64,000 nt of DNA from Candidatus Nomurabacteria bacterium (GCA_963832025.1 CAWHSF010000003.1:294606-358605); one strand, 5' to 3'; numbered from the stretch's first letter, positions 7,370 to 16,715 are shown. Numbers and translations: made by a program. The notes: generated by a model not told the origin, from the sequence alone.

Positions 7370-7762
7370 ATGAAAGCATTTTTAAAAAATTACAGACAAT
7401 CACCCAGAAAAGTTCGCTTAGTGGCGAGTTTGGTTAAAGGAAAAAGTGTGGCACAAGCGATTGCCGAGCTTGATTTTTTAGCAAAACGTTCAGGATTACC
7501 GATTAAGAAACTTTTACTTTCTGCAGTGGCCAATGCAAAACAAATGGGCATTGAAAGTGAAAATTTATTTATCAAAGAATTACGAGTAGACAAAGGAATT
7601 GTGATGAAGAGGATGATGCCTGCAGCCATGGGTACCGGACACCGCATCAATAAACGCACCAGCCACATCAATATTCTTTTGGCTGAAAAAGTTGTTGCTG
7701 TTCCAAAAACCAAGGTTGCCAAAGTTAAAAACACAAAAACTAAAAAAGTAGCAAAAAAATAA
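7370..7762 (+). CDS. rplV: 50S ribosomal protein L22 (C-terminal K-rich tail)
   Basis: SPRKVRLVASLVKGKSVAQAIAELDF L22 signature; ATG directly abuts repeat B1. Confidence 0.93.
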   Translation: MKAFLKNYRQSPRKVRLVASLVKGKSVAQAIAELDFLAKRSGLPIKKLLLSAVANAKQMGIESENLFIKELRVDKGIVMKRMMPAAMGTGHRINKRTSHINILLAEKVVAVPKTKVAKVKNTKTKKVAKK

Positions 7763-7777
7763 TTTTACAAAAACAAC

Positions 7778-8500
7778 ATGAGTAAAATAGTTCACCCATA
7801 TGCGCATAGATTGATAATATTAAGAGACTGGAAATCTCGCTGGTTTGCCGACCCTAAAAAATACGTGGCTTACTTGAAGGGTGATGTTTTGATTCGTGAA
7901 TATTTGACCAAGAAATTACGTGGAATGTATATTTCCACAATTGAAATCGAGAGAAGTAGAAAAGCTACTCGTTTCATTATCAAGACTTCTCGTCCGGGTA
8001 TGATTATTGGCCGAAACGGTGAAGGGGTAACAAAACTCAAGGAAGATATCTTGAAAAAGATGGACAAGTTGGGTATTCCAAAACCGGAAGACTTCAAACT
8101 GGAAATTGTGGAAATTACCAATCCCGAAGCCGATGCCGCAATCGTTGCTTACATGATTGCCGAAGGTTTGGAGAAGAGAATGCCTTATCGTCGCGTTATC
8201 AAACAAATTATTGAGAAAGTTATGCAAGCGCACGGAGTGGAAGGTGCGAGAATCGTGCTTTCGGGCCGTTTGGGTGGAGCGGAAATTGCCCGCACGGAAG
8301 AATTGAAGCGCGGAAGTGTTCCACTTCAAAGTTTCCGCGCGGATATCGATTTCAAACGTGAACGTGCAACGCTTTCTTATGGAGTTGTCGGTATCAAGGT
8401 TTGGATTTATCGCGGTAAAATTTTTGCTGACAAAAAACCTGCTCGTGGCATGGATGGCGGAGACGGAAGCTCATTAGAAAATAAAAATAAGACGGATTAA
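7778..8500 (+). CDS. rpsC: 30S ribosomal protein S3
   Basis: KIVHPYAHRLIILRDWKSRWFA...KH domain GMIIGRNGEGV. Confidence 0.95.
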   Translation: MSKIVHPYAHRLIILRDWKSRWFADPKKYVAYLKGDVLIREYLTKKLRGMYISTIEIERSRKATRFIIKTSRPGMIIGRNGEGVTKLKEDILKKMDKLGIPKPEDFKLEIVEITNPEADAAIVAYMIAEGLEKRMPYRRVIKQIIEKVMQAHGVEGARIVLSGRLGGAEIARTEELKRGSVPLQSFRADIDFKRERATLSYGVVGIKVWIYRGKIFADKKPARGMDGGDGSSLENKNKTD

Positions 8501-8503
8501 TAT

Positions 8504-8935
8504 ATGGCATTAGTACCGAAAAAAGTAAAATTTAGAAAATGGCAAACTGGGCGGAACAATCCGAAGTCCAGAAATCCAGAAACTCGTGGCACCAAGCTTG
8601 CTTTCGGTTCTTTCGGTTTAAAATCTGAAACTCAAGCGCGAGTAAAATCAAATCAACTTGAATCCGCTCGAAAAGTAATTTCGCGCACTTTAACTAAGAC
8701 CGGTAAATATTGGATTCGTGTGTTTCCGGACCGTCCTTATACCGCTAAGGCCGCAGAAGTAGGCATGGGAAAGGGAAAAGGAGACCCGCAAGGATATTGC
8801 TTTGATGTTCTTCCGGGTAGAATTATTTTTGAAGTGGATGGAGCGGAAGAAAAAGTTGCTCGCGAAGCGCTCCGAAAAGCAGGAACAAAACTTCCTGTTA
8901 AAACCAGAATTATTTCACGAGCTCACAAGCAATAA
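8504..8935 (+). CDS. rplP: 50S ribosomal protein L16
   Basis: MALVPKKVKFRKWQTGRN...GMGKGKGDPQGYCFDVLPGRIIFEV. Confidence 0.95.
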   Translation: MALVPKKVKFRKWQTGRNNPKSRNPETRGTKLAFGSFGLKSETQARVKSNQLESARKVISRTLTKTGKYWIRVFPDRPYTAKAAEVGMGKGKGDPQGYCFDVLPGRIIFEVDGAEEKVAREALRKAGTKLPVKTRIISRAHKQ

Positions 8936-8944
8936 ATTATACCT

Positions 8945-8972
8945 GTCCCGTACTAAATTTTTGATTACGGGG
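8945..8972. repeat. mini family-B-like hairpin (rplP-rpmC spacer)
   Basis: TCCCGTACtaaatttttgatTACGGGG. Confidence 0.45.
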
Positions 8973-9012
8973 CATAAAGATAAAGATTATTAATTAAAAT
9001 TTTAGTACTGGG

Positions 9013-9225
9013 ATGGTCAAAACAAGCAAAAACACAAAAAAAAGTTTTAAAGAAATGCCCGACACAGAGCTTAAAAAAGAGTTGGTTGTTTTGAAGGAAA
9101 ATTTACGAGTAATACATTTTAAATCTGAAGGTTCAAGACCAAAAAATGTTAAAGAAGCCACAACCTTAAAAAAACAAATTGCCCGCATCATGACGGAATT
9201 AAACAATAAAAAAGTAATAAAGTAA
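9013..9225 (+). CDS. rpmC: 50S ribosomal protein L29
   Basis: [21 protein letters not shown]29-like; synteny. Confidence 0.88.
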   Translation: MVKTSKNTKKSFKEMPDTELKKELVVLKENLRVIHFKSEGSRPKNVKEATTLKKQIARIMTELNNKKVIK

Positions 9226-9229
9226 TTAT

Positions 9230-9541
9230 ATGAAAACAGACAAAGAACAAGAAAAAAAACCTGCCCGCAATACTTTCAGCATAGCTGATGCAGGCGGGGA
9301 AGATGAAGCCAAAGGCAAATTCCTAAAAGGAGTGGTTACTTCCGACAAGATGGATAAAACTGTCGTGGTTTCTGTTTCTCGTTTTGTGAAGCATCCTCTT
9401 TATGGAAAATTTTACAAAGTCAGCAAGAAATACAAAGCGCACGATGAAGGCAATATATATAAAACAGGCGATAAGGTAGAAATCATGGAAACCAAGCCGA
9501 TTTCTAAAGACAAAAGATTTAAAGTAATTTCCAAAGAATAA
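9230..9541 (+). CDS. rpsQ: 30S ribosomal protein S17
   Basis: [28 protein letters not shown]17 signature. Confidence 0.93.
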   Translation: MKTDKEQEKKPARNTFSIADAGGEDEAKGKFLKGVVTSDKMDKTVVVSVSRFVKHPLYGKFYKVSKKYKAHDEGNIYKTGDKVEIMETKPISKDKRFKVISKE

Positions 9542-9546
9542 TTTTT

Positions 9547-9918
9547 ATGATTCAAAATGAAACTTTAGTAAAAATAACAGATAATGCCGGAGGCACCGTG
9601 GGAAAGGTGTTCAAAATTTTAGGCTCTTCAAAAAAGAGATATGCTACCCTTGGGGAAGTGGTAATCATCTCCGTTAAAGTGGCGAGCCCTCGAAAGGCGG
9701 TAAAAAAGAAAGATGTTCATCAAGCTGTTGTAGTACGCACTCGTGGAGCTTATCGCCGAAAAGACGGTTCATATATTCGTTTTGATGATAACGCTGTTGT
9801 GATTTTGGAAAAAGGTAAAAAAGATCCAAAGGCAGGTCGTGTTTTCGGACCGATTCCGAGAGAGTTGGCAGAAAAAGGTTTTCAAAAAATAATTTCGTTG
9901 GCGCAGGAAGTAATATAA
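9547..9918 (+). CDS. rplN: 50S ribosomal protein L14
   Basis: MIQNETLVKITDNAGG...VVVRTRGAYRRKDGSYIRFDDNA. Confidence 0.95.
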   Translation: MIQNETLVKITDNAGGTVGKVFKILGSSKKRYATLGEVVIISVKVASPRKAVKKKDVHQAVVVRTRGAYRRKDGSYIRFDDNAVVILEKGKKDPKAGRVFGPIPRELAEKGFQKIISLAQEVI

Positions 9919-9924
9919 TAAGAA

Positions 9925-9965
9925 CAGACGTTGGATATCTGCTAAAGCAGGTGTCCAACGTCTCC
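9925..9965. repeat. palindromic repeat family A, copy A4 (rplN-rplX spacer)
   Basis: CAGACGTTGGATATCTGCTAAAGCAGGTGTCCAACGTCTCC. Confidence 0.8.
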
Positions 9966-9978
9966 AAAAATAAATTTT

Positions 9979-10197
9979 ATGAAGATGAAAAAAAATGACA
10001 ATGTGAAGATAATTACGGGCAAGGACAAAGGTAAGTCCGGTAAAATTGTGCGTGTTTTGGTGAAAGAGAATAAAGTTGTGATTGAAGGTATCAATATGAT
10101 GAAAAAACACCAACGCCCACGAAAAACAGGGGAGAAGGGGTCTATGATGAATGTGGCCATGCCGATTCACGCTTCCAACGTTAAAAAGACAGAATAG
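9979..10197 (+). CDS. rplX: 50S ribosomal protein L24 (short form)
   Basis: KKNDNVKIITGKDKGKSGKIVRV KOW motif. Confidence 0.9.
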   Translation: MKMKKNDNVKIITGKDKGKSGKIVRVLVKENKVVIEGINMMKKHQRPRKTGEKGSMMNVAMPIHASNVKKTE

Positions 10198-10233
10198 TTC
10201 GACTTCGCTCACTATAAATAAATTTAAAAACAT

Positions 10234-10806
10234 ATGGCAACAAAACATTTAACCGTAAAAAACAAAGAACAAGAGGCATTTGAAAAAATGAAAAGTATGT
10301 TTCATTATAAAAATGCTATGGCTGCGCCAAAACTAAAAAAGGTTGTTGTAAATACTGGCACTGGCACACCGATGAAAAAAGATAAAAACAAAAATACTTC
10401 TATCGCGGAACGTTTAGCAAAAATTACCGGACAAAAAGGAGCACTCCGAGGCGCAAAACAATCCATTTCATCTTTCAAGGTTCGCCAAGGTGACCCAATC
10501 GGTATCGTGGTTACTATCCGTGGAAAGAGAATGTATGCATTCTTGGAAAAACTTATAAATGTGGCTATCCCTCGCACAAAAGATTTCAGAGGAATCAATC
10601 GCACCGCTGTGGACAATATCGGCAACCTGACTATCGGCATCAAAGAACACACCATCTTCCCGGAAACAGCCGATGAAGATATTCGCGATGTATTTGGCAT
10701 GTCTATCACTTTGGTTTCCACCGCAAAAAATAAAAAAGAAGGTACCGCATTTTTTGAAATTCTAGGTATTCCTTTCAAGAAGGAAGAAGTGATTAAGAAA
10801 AAATAG
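10234..10806 (+). CDS. rplE: 50S ribosomal protein L5
   Basis: RQGDPIGIVVTIRGKRMYAFLEKLINVAIPRTKDFRG L5 signature. Confidence 0.95.
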   Translation: MATKHLTVKNKEQEAFEKMKSMFHYKNAMAAPKLKKVVVNTGTGTPMKKDKNKNTSIAERLAKITGQKGALRGAKQSISSFKVRQGDPIGIVVTIRGKRMYAFLEKLINVAIPRTKDFRGINRTAVDNIGNLTIGIKEHTIFPETADEDIRDVFGMSITLVSTAKNKKEGTAFFEILGIPFKKEEVIKKK

Positions 10807-10887
10807 GGTTTGACCCGGGTAGTGAATTTTGGCGAAGCGCAAAGCGCAATAATAAATTATCGCCAAAATCTACTACCGGGTTTGACT
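10806..10887. repeat. repeat family C copy C2 (rplE-rpsN spacer)
   Basis: gggtttgacccgggtagtgaattttggcgaagcgcaaagcgcaat...atcgccaaaatctactaccgggtttgact. Confidence 0.8.
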
Positions 10888-10910
10888 AATTTCTATAAAC
10901 CTGCTAGTAT
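10882..10910 (+). promoter_or_regulatory. promoter TTGACT-17-TAGTAT; -35 box is 3' end of repeat C2
   Basis: -35 10882-10887, -10 10905-10910 upstream of rpsN. Confidence 0.4.
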
Positions 10911-11025
10911 CACAGCAAGGGAATAGGGCTTTGCTTAATCCATTTTTCTCCTCCGACGCTCTAAAGGGTTAGAGGTTCGGAGAAAAAAAATGAGATATTG
11001 GTAGAGTAACCCCGATAAATTATTT

Positions 11026-11211
11026 ATGGCAAAAACATCAGTCAAAGCAAGAGCGAGAAAGGTACCGAAATTTTCTACTCGACAAAAAAATCGATGTTTT
11101 CGTTGCGGACGAGGCAATGCTTTTATGCGTGACTTTGGCATTTGTCGTATCTGTTTCAGAGAATTAGCAAACGAAGGAATGATGCCTGGCGTTCGAAAGT
11201 CTTCTTGGTAG
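11026..11211 (+). CDS. rpsN: 30S ribosomal protein S14 type Z (zinc-binding)
   Basis: 61 aa, [23 protein letters not shown] Cys4 motif. Confidence 0.93.
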   Translation: MAKTSVKARARKVPKFSTRQKNRCFRCGRGNAFMRDFGICRICFRELANEGMMPGVRKSSW

Positions 11212-11212
11212 T

Positions 11213-11330
11213 CCCGAACGAAATCGCGGACGCATAAAATAAATAAAAACATGACAATGACAAAATATATTAAAAATAACAAAAAGGACAACGAGGTAAG
11301 CGTAAGCGTACGCGTCCTATTTCGTACGGG
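11213..11330. repeat. repeat family B copy B2, ends exactly at rpsH ATG
   Basis: ~85% identical to 7246-7369 including both ends. Confidence 0.85.
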
Positions 11331-11717
11331 ATGGATCCAATTTCAAATATGATAATCGTGATGAAGAATGGAAGCTTGGCAGGCCTAGAGTCTGTAACTT
11401 TTCCTTATTCCAAAATGAAAAATGCTATCGGCGAATGTCTAAAAAAAGAAGGCTATGTTTCCGAAGTTTCCAAAAAAGTAAAAAAAGGCATTCCGGTGTT
11501 GGAAATAAAATTAGTGTATACAGACAAAAAACCAAAAATTACCGAAGTGGAGAGAATTTCCAAACAATCCCGCCGTGTTTATTTTGGGATGAAAGACATT
11601 CATTCTGTCCGTAATGGCTCGGGTTTACTTGTGCTTTCAACACCGAAAGGAATTTTATCCGGTAAAGAAGCAAGGAAAGAACAGGTCGGAGGAGAAGCAT
11701 TGTTTAGGTTGTGGTAA
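11331..11717 (+). CDS. rpsH: 30S ribosomal protein S8
   Basis: MDPISNMIIVMKNG...LLVLSTPKGILSGKEA; ATG directly abuts repeat B2. Confidence 0.93.
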   Translation: MDPISNMIIVMKNGSLAGLESVTFPYSKMKNAIGECLKKEGYVSEVSKKVKKGIPVLEIKLVYTDKKPKITEVERISKQSRRVYFGMKDIHSVRNGSGLLVLSTPKGILSGKEARKEQVGGEALFRLW

Positions 11718-11721
11718 TTAT

Positions 11722-12255
11722 ATGTCAAGAATAGGAAAACAAGAAATTTTAATACCAGCGGGAGTGAAAGTCGTTCAAAACGGCAACTCTTTGTCAGTGA
11801 CTGGCCCAAAAGGTACCCTAACCAGGGTTTTCCGAGATGATATAATCATTACTGTTGCTGACAAGAACGTAACTTTAAATATAAAAAGGAATGACAAGTT
11901 TTCCAAATCTTTATGGGGAGCTTATGCTTCGCATATCAAAAATATGATAAAGGGAGTTGAAACGCCTTATCAAAAGAAATTAATCTTGGAAGGTGTCGGA
12001 TTTAAATCCGAGGTCAAAGGGAAGGAATTTAATTTTGCTCTTGGATTTTCTCACCCGGTCATTGTAAAAATTCCGGAAGGGATTTCGGCTACCGCAGAGA
12101 AAAATGTCATCACTATTTCCGGTATTGATAAAGAACTTGTCGGAAGTTTTACGGCAGCCATTCGCGCATTAAAAAAGCCGGAACCATATAAAGGTAAAGG
12201 TATGCGTTACGAGGATGAAGTTATAAGACGAAAACAAGGCAAGAAAACAGTATAA
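11722..12255 (+). CDS. rplF: 50S ribosomal protein L6 (ORF-track start 11614 overlaps rpsH; 11722 preferred)
   Basis: MSRIGKQEILIPAGVKV...two L6 repeats. Confidence 0.92.
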   Translation: MSRIGKQEILIPAGVKVVQNGNSLSVTGPKGTLTRVFRDDIIITVADKNVTLNIKRNDKFSKSLWGAYASHIKNMIKGVETPYQKKLILEGVGFKSEVKGKEFNFALGFSHPVIVKIPEGISATAEKNVITISGIDKELVGSFTAAIRALKKPEPYKGKGMRYEDEVIRRKQGKKTV

Positions 12256-12263
12256 AGATAAGT

Positions 12264-12304
12264 CCAGATGTTGGACATCCGCAGAGCGGGTGCACAACAT
12301 CTGA
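12264..12304. repeat. palindromic repeat family A, variant copy A5 (rplF-rplR spacer)
   Basis: CCAGATGTTGGACATCCGCagagCGGGTGCACAACATCTG. Confidence 0.6.
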
Positions 12305-12315
12305 GCAAAAAAGAT

Positions 12316-12657
12316 ATGCAAAACAAAACAGACAAAAGAATAAGATTAAAGAAAAAGATAAGAGCCAAAATAGTGGGCACGGCAACACGTCCTAGGCTCA
12401 CGATTTTTCGCTCCAATAAATTTATCTATGCGCAGATTATTAACGACGCTACAGGCAAAACTCTAACGGAAGCCAGCGATGTTAAAATCACCAAAGGAAC
12501 AAAAACCGAACGAGCAAAAATAGTCGGGAACACTATCGCTACAAATGCGATAAAAACAAAAATCAAAAAAGTAGTTTTTGATCGCAATGGATTTAAATAT
12601 ACCGGACGAGTCAAAATAGTGGCGGACGAAGCGAGAGCTGGGGGATTAGAATTTTAA
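12316..12657 (+). CDS. rplR: 50S ribosomal protein L18 (start 12316; upstream ATG 12268 lies in repeat A5)
   Basis: RIRLKKKIRAKIVGTATRPRLTIFRSNKFIYAQIINDATGKTL. Confidence 0.92.
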   Translation: MQNKTDKRIRLKKKIRAKIVGTATRPRLTIFRSNKFIYAQIINDATGKTLTEASDVKITKGTKTERAKIVGNTIATNAIKTKIKKVVFDRNGFKYTGRVKIVADEARAGGLEF

Positions 12658-12672
12658 ATTATTTTTAATCAT

Positions 12673-13269
12673 ATGGAAAAAGGCAAAGAAAATACAAGAG
12701 AAAATACAAGTGGAGGAAAGAAACGCAATGACCGAAGAGGTTCTTCTTTTGGCAGAGTAAAACCGGAATTTGATCAAAAGATTTTAAATATTCGTCGTGT
12801 GACCAGAGTGGTCGCCGGAGGACGCAGATTTTCTTTTAGTGTGGCTCTCGTTGCAGGAGATAAAAAAGGTTCTATTGGTTTAGGTTTGGGAAAAGCCGGA
12901 GATACGGCCTTGGCCATCAACAAAGCTCTTCGCAATGCCAAGAAAAATATGATTAGATTAAAACTCACCAAGGCGATGTCCATTCCCCACGAACTTTCCG
13001 CCAAGTTTTCCAGTTCATATATTGTCTTGCGCCCAAACAAAGGACGTGGGCTTGTGGCTGGGTCAGTCATTCGCGACATAGTCAAACTCTCTGGTATGAA
13101 AGATATTACCGGGAAAATATTTTCCAACAGTAAAAATAAATTAAATAATGCCAAGGCAGTAATGTCCGCTTTGTCTCAGATTTCTTCAAAATACGCAAAG
13201 ATAGTCCCAGAAACCATTGTTGTTGCCAACAAAGAGGTTGTTGTCCCGGAAATTGAAACTGAAAAATAA
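12673..13269 (+). CDS. rpsE: 30S ribosomal protein S5 (N- and C-terminal extensions)
   Basis: RVTRVVAGGRRFSFSVALVAGDKKGSIGLGLGKAGDTALAINKALRNAKKNMIRL S5 dsRBD. Confidence 0.95.
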   Translation: MEKGKENTRENTSGGKKRNDRRGSSFGRVKPEFDQKILNIRRVTRVVAGGRRFSFSVALVAGDKKGSIGLGLGKAGDTALAINKALRNAKKNMIRLKLTKAMSIPHELSAKFSSSYIVLRPNKGRGLVAGSVIRDIVKLSGMKDITGKIFSNSKNKLNNAKAVMSALSQISSKYAKIVPETIVVANKEVVVPEIETEK

Positions 13270-13293
13270 ATTTATTCTTAATTTAAGAACATC

Positions 13294-13596
13294 ATGCAAA
13301 CACATAATCTAAAAAGAACTCACAAGAATAAAAAAGACAGAATCGTTGGCCGTGGAGGGAAACATGCGAAAACTTCTGGCCGTGGAGGCAAGGGGCAGAC
13401 AGCGCGCGCGGGGAACAAGCGTCGTCCAGAGCTTCGTGATATCATTAAGAAATTGCCAAAGAATCGTGGCTATCAATTCAAATCCAAAAAGAAGCCATTT
13501 GTCTTGAAAAAAGAAAAATTAGCTTCTCCCACGGAAAAATTTTCTGAAATCAGAAAACGCCTGGGAATAAAAGGAAAAAAGATAGTTATAAAATAG
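13294..13596 (+). CDS. rplO: 50S ribosomal protein L15 (short, 100 aa); rpmD/L30 absent between rpsE and rplO
   Basis: GRGGKHAKTSGRGGKGQTARAGNKRRPEL Gly/Arg-rich L15 N-domain; synteny before secY. Confidence 0.8.
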   Translation: MQTHNLKRTHKNKKDRIVGRGGKHAKTSGRGGKGQTARAGNKRRPELRDIIKKLPKNRGYQFKSKKKPFVLKKEKLASPTEKFSEIRKRLGIKGKKIVIK

Positions 13597-13606
13597 AAAA
13601 AAGCCA

Positions 13607-14878
13607 ATGCAAAATTTCTGGAATAAAATAAAGTTGATTTGGACAGACAAAATTCTTCGCAAAAGAGTTCTCTTTGTTTTTTTTGCTTTGATAATTTTCA
13701 GACTGCTTGCCGCTATTCCCATTCCCGGAGTGGACACCGTGCAATTAAATCAATTTTTGAATAATAACCAGTTTTTCGGGATTTTAAACATTTTCTCCGG
13801 TGGAGGACTTTCCAATCTTTCCATCATCATGCTCGGCGTCGGTCCCTATATTACCGGCTCCATCATCATGCAACTTCTCACCATCATGGTTCCTGCTTTG
13901 AAGAAAATTTATCACGAAGAAGGAGAGGCTGGTCGTAAGAAATTTGCTCAATACGGCAGATTACTCACGGTTCCTCTCGCTGCTATTCAGGGTTTCAGTC
14001 TTTTGTATATCTTGGAGAAAGAAAATATTTTAGTTAATCTGACAACTTTTGATCGCATCACCAATATCTTTATTGTCATTGCCGGAAGTGTACTTTTGAT
14101 GTGGATCGGCGAACTTGTTTCTGAATTTGGTATTGGCAACGGGGTATCACTTATAATTTTTGCCGGTATTGTCGCTCGTTTGCCTGCCTGGGTGAGTCAA
14201 CACATTTTCACTTTTGATATTTCTCAACTTCCTTTATATCTCGTGTTTCTGGTCGTGGGTGTGCTTATTTTGGCCGGCATCGTTTTGGTGACGGAAGCTG
14301 AAAGACCGATTCCTGTGACTTACGCGAAACGAGTTCGGGGTGCCAAAATGTATGGAGGCGGTTCTACCTATCTGCCATTGCGTGTAAATCAAGCAGGAGT
14401 TATTCCAATAATTTTTGCTCTTTCTATCTTGCTTTTTCCGCAAATGATTGGCGCCTTTTTATCTAGATATTCAAATGCTATTATCTCAAAAATTTCTCAT
14501 GTTTTGATTGGTTTCACGCAGACCAGTGTGCTTTACGCGGTGCTTTATTTCATCTTCGTCTTCCTGTTTACTTATTTTTACACTGCGGTAACTTTTGACC
14601 CCGAAGCTCTTTCTGAAAATCTGCAAAAAAATGGCGCATTTATCCCAGGTATTCGTCCAGGCGCTTCAACTTCTAGTTATATTTCCAACGTCTTAAATCG
14701 CATTACTCTTTTAGGTGCGGTCTTTCTGGGAATAGTGGCTATCTTGCCTCTCATTATGCAATTCGTCACCGGCAACACTTCTTTTGCGCTTGGTGGTACG
14801 TCCATCCTCATCGTCGTCTCCGTCGTTCTCGACCTGATGAAAAAAGTCGATGCGCAAATTTCAATGCGGGAATACTAG
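13607..14878 (+). CDS. secY: preprotein translocase subunit SecY
   Basis: 423 aa, 10 TM, GVDTVQLNQF...GGGLSNLSIIMLGVGPYITGSIIMQLL. Confidence 0.95.
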   Translation: MQNFWNKIKLIWTDKILRKRVLFVFFALIIFRLLAAIPIPGVDTVQLNQFLNNNQFFGILNIFSGGGLSNLSIIMLGVGPYITGSIIMQLLTIMVPALKKIYHEEGEAGRKKFAQYGRLLTVPLAAIQGFSLLYILEKENILVNLTTFDRITNIFIVIAGSVLLMWIGELVSEFGIGNGVSLIIFAGIVARLPAWVSQHIFTFDISQLPLYLVFLVVGVLILAGIVLVTEAERPIPVTYAKRVRGAKMYGGGSTYLPLRVNQAGVIPIIFALSILLFPQMIGAFLSRYSNAIISKISHVLIGFTQTSVLYAVLYFIFVFLFTYFYTAVTFDPEALSENLQKNGAFIPGIRPGASTSSYISNVLNRITLLGAVFLGIVAILPLIMQFVTGNTSFALGGTSILIVVSVVLDLMKKVDAQISMREY

Positions 14879-14919
14879 ATTTGTAGTTTTAGAAATTTTA
14901 TATATATAAAATAAAGCAC

Positions 14920-15177
14920 ATGGAAGAACTTAGTTTTAAAAGGGAAGGGAGAGAGTATAGTAAAGAATTATACCATGAGCTCGAATCTTTCATAGCTCAG
15001 GATTGTGTGTTAGTTTTACAAGACGGTAAAAAAGTAAAAGGACATTTAAATTCTCTCAGTCTCAGTGCCGATGGAATTCCACAGATTGGTTTTAAAGTAA
15101 AGGATGGAAAAATTTTTTCTCAATACAATTACAATTTAGAATTTGATAATATCAAGGACGTTGAAAGAGTGGAATAA
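14920..15177 (+). CDS. hypothetical 85-aa protein
   Basis: ORF with plausible composition in secY-adk gap; no recognisable motif. Confidence 0.4.
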   Translation: MEELSFKREGREYSKELYHELESFIAQDCVLVLQDGKKVKGHLNSLSLSADGIPQIGFKVKDGKIFSQYNYNLEFDNIKDVERVE

Positions 15178-15215
15178 TTTTTAAGCATTTTCCTCTCTCC
15201 ACTTTTTTATTCTTA

Positions 15216-16100
15216 TTAGGCAGATTCCTCTTTAGGCCTGTTCGGATTTCCTAGTCCTTTTTCGTCTACTCCAACATCAAGTAGAATAAAAGTTCCCGTG
15301 TTGAAATTGCAGAATAAATTTGCATACAAATCACCAGTATTAACACCAGCCCTTCTCAATGTGTTCTCAATTCTTTGAGCTTTTATTTTTAACTCCGCAA
15401 ACCTCATCTGGCTTGCTTCTGAACGAAAGTCATTTCTTGAAAATCCGTCTATCGAGTTTCCGTAATCATCTATGCCACCTAAGGACAAGGTGTCAAAGGG
15501 AACAAATCCTGCTTGCTCTATTTCTTGCCATTCTGAAACGTACCAGCTTTCATTTTTATCTTGATATCCCAATTTTGCCTCTACCACTTTAATAAAATTT
15601 AGATCCTTTAATGCTTCTTTGGCTTTAATTGTGCTTTCAAATTCAGTAAAACCAGGATTTATTGTAACAAAGCTCCTTTTTACAAAAAAAGAATGACCCT
15701 TAAAATTTATTTTCAAATAATCACAATCGTCAACCCTAACACTTTTTTTATTTTCTGATTCCAATTCTCTCTTTGATTTGCCTAGCATTGCAACTTCTAG
15801 GTCAGAGTTTTCATCCGTGAAAGTTTTGCCTGGTGAAATAAAAGTACCTCTTCCTTCTGTTGCGGGTTCTCCGTCTGCTTGTAACCATTGTCCACTTTCT
15901 TTGTCATATGACACTTCTGTGTTTTTTATTGCAATAGGCTGTGGTTCGTATTCTTCAGAAGCGCGGGTCGCCAGAGCAATGGCTTCTTTTATTATCCCTG
16001 GACTTTCTCGCAACATTTTTCTGAACTCTAAATCATCATAGGCGATTTTTCTACTTTCGGTTTTGATTGATCTTGTTGTTGGAGTTTTTTCAGTAGGCAT
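15216..16100 (-). CDS. hypothetical 294-aa protein, co-operonic with adk-like kinase (3-nt gap)
   Basis: Long ORF; weak GRG..x..DLE stretch but no firm family assignment. Confidence 0.55.
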   Translation of the reverse strand: MPTEKTPTTRSIKTESRKIAYDDLEFRKMLRESPGIIKEAIALATRASEEYEPQPIAIKNTEVSYDKESGQWLQADGEPATEGRGTFISPGKTFTDENSDLEVAMLGKSKRELESENKKSVRVDDCDYLKINFKGHSFFVKRSFVTINPGFTEFESTIKAKEALKDLNFIKVVEAKLGYQDKNESWYVSEWQEIEQAGFVPFDTLSLGGIDDYGNSIDGFSRNDFRSEASQMRFAELKIKAQRIENTLRRAGVNTGDLYANLFCNFNTGTFILLDVGVDEKGLGNPNRPKEESA

Positions 16101-16103
16101 GAT

Positions 16104-16715
16104 TTATTTTCCTATCTTCTTCTTATATTCCTCTATTTTTTTCAAAATATCTTTGGTAACTTTCACGATAGGCTGATTGCCGTTGATTATATTCATTTTT
16201 CCTAAACTTTGATAATATTTTACGGTTTTACCGACTTGGTCTTTGTGCCACTTGATGCGCGCAGCGATGATTTTTTTATCATCCAAAACTTTGTAAATTT
16301 CTTTCATGTTTCCTTTTTTTCTCGCGAGCGAACGTCTGTAGACTTCTTTATCCGGCAGGGTAATGTAAAAAGCTAAAAAATCTTCTTTGCGTTCAGTCAT
16401 CAATTTCTTCATTAGCTGCGCTTCGGGCTTTAACCTGCCTCCCAAAAAAAGCAAGCTTTTATTTTTTGGTTTGTTATTTATTTCTTTCACCAAAAATCTT
16501 TGCATCAGAATTGTTGGCAGAGGCTTGCCCTTACCGACAGTTTTTCTCGCCCATTCTCCGTCCTTGCTTTTTGCTTTTAAAAGCTTACGGGAAAATACTC
16601 CGGTTTCCACAAATTTTAAGGCATACTTCTTTTTCAGGATATTTGCTTGTGTTTCCTTGCCGGAAGTAATCATGCCAAGCAGAACGATATTAAATCCAAG
16701 TTTTTTCATACACAT
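16104..16715 (-). CDS. adenylate kinase-like nucleoside monophosphate kinase (divergent second Adk paralog)
   Basis: P-loop LLGMITSGKETQ, C-terminal HKDQVGKTVKYYQSLGKMNIINGNQPI resembles Adk CORE end. Confidence 0.65.
   Translation of the reverse strand: MCMKKLGFNIVLLGMITSGKETQANILKKKYALKFVETGVFSRKLLKAKSKDGEWARKTVGKGKPLPTILMQRFLVKEINNKPKNKSLLFLGGRLKPEAQLMKKLMTERKEDFLAFYITLPDKEVYRRSLARKKGNMKEIYKVLDDKKIIAARIKWHKDQVGKTVKYYQSLGKMNIINGNQPIVKVTKDILKKIEEYKKKIGK

Noticed and set aside
43-10778. Numerous 60-160-aa ORFs antisense to or overlapping tuf, rplB, rpsC, rplE, secY and other r-protein genes
   Set aside because: They are embedded in strongly supported conserved genes, are low-complexity, and lack RBSs. 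They are typical shadow ORFs.
15216-16100. Assignment of the 294-aa protein as a pol-beta-type nucleotidyltransferase
   Set aside because: Only a weak, imperfect G..x..DLE spacing was seen. That is not enough to call without profile searches.
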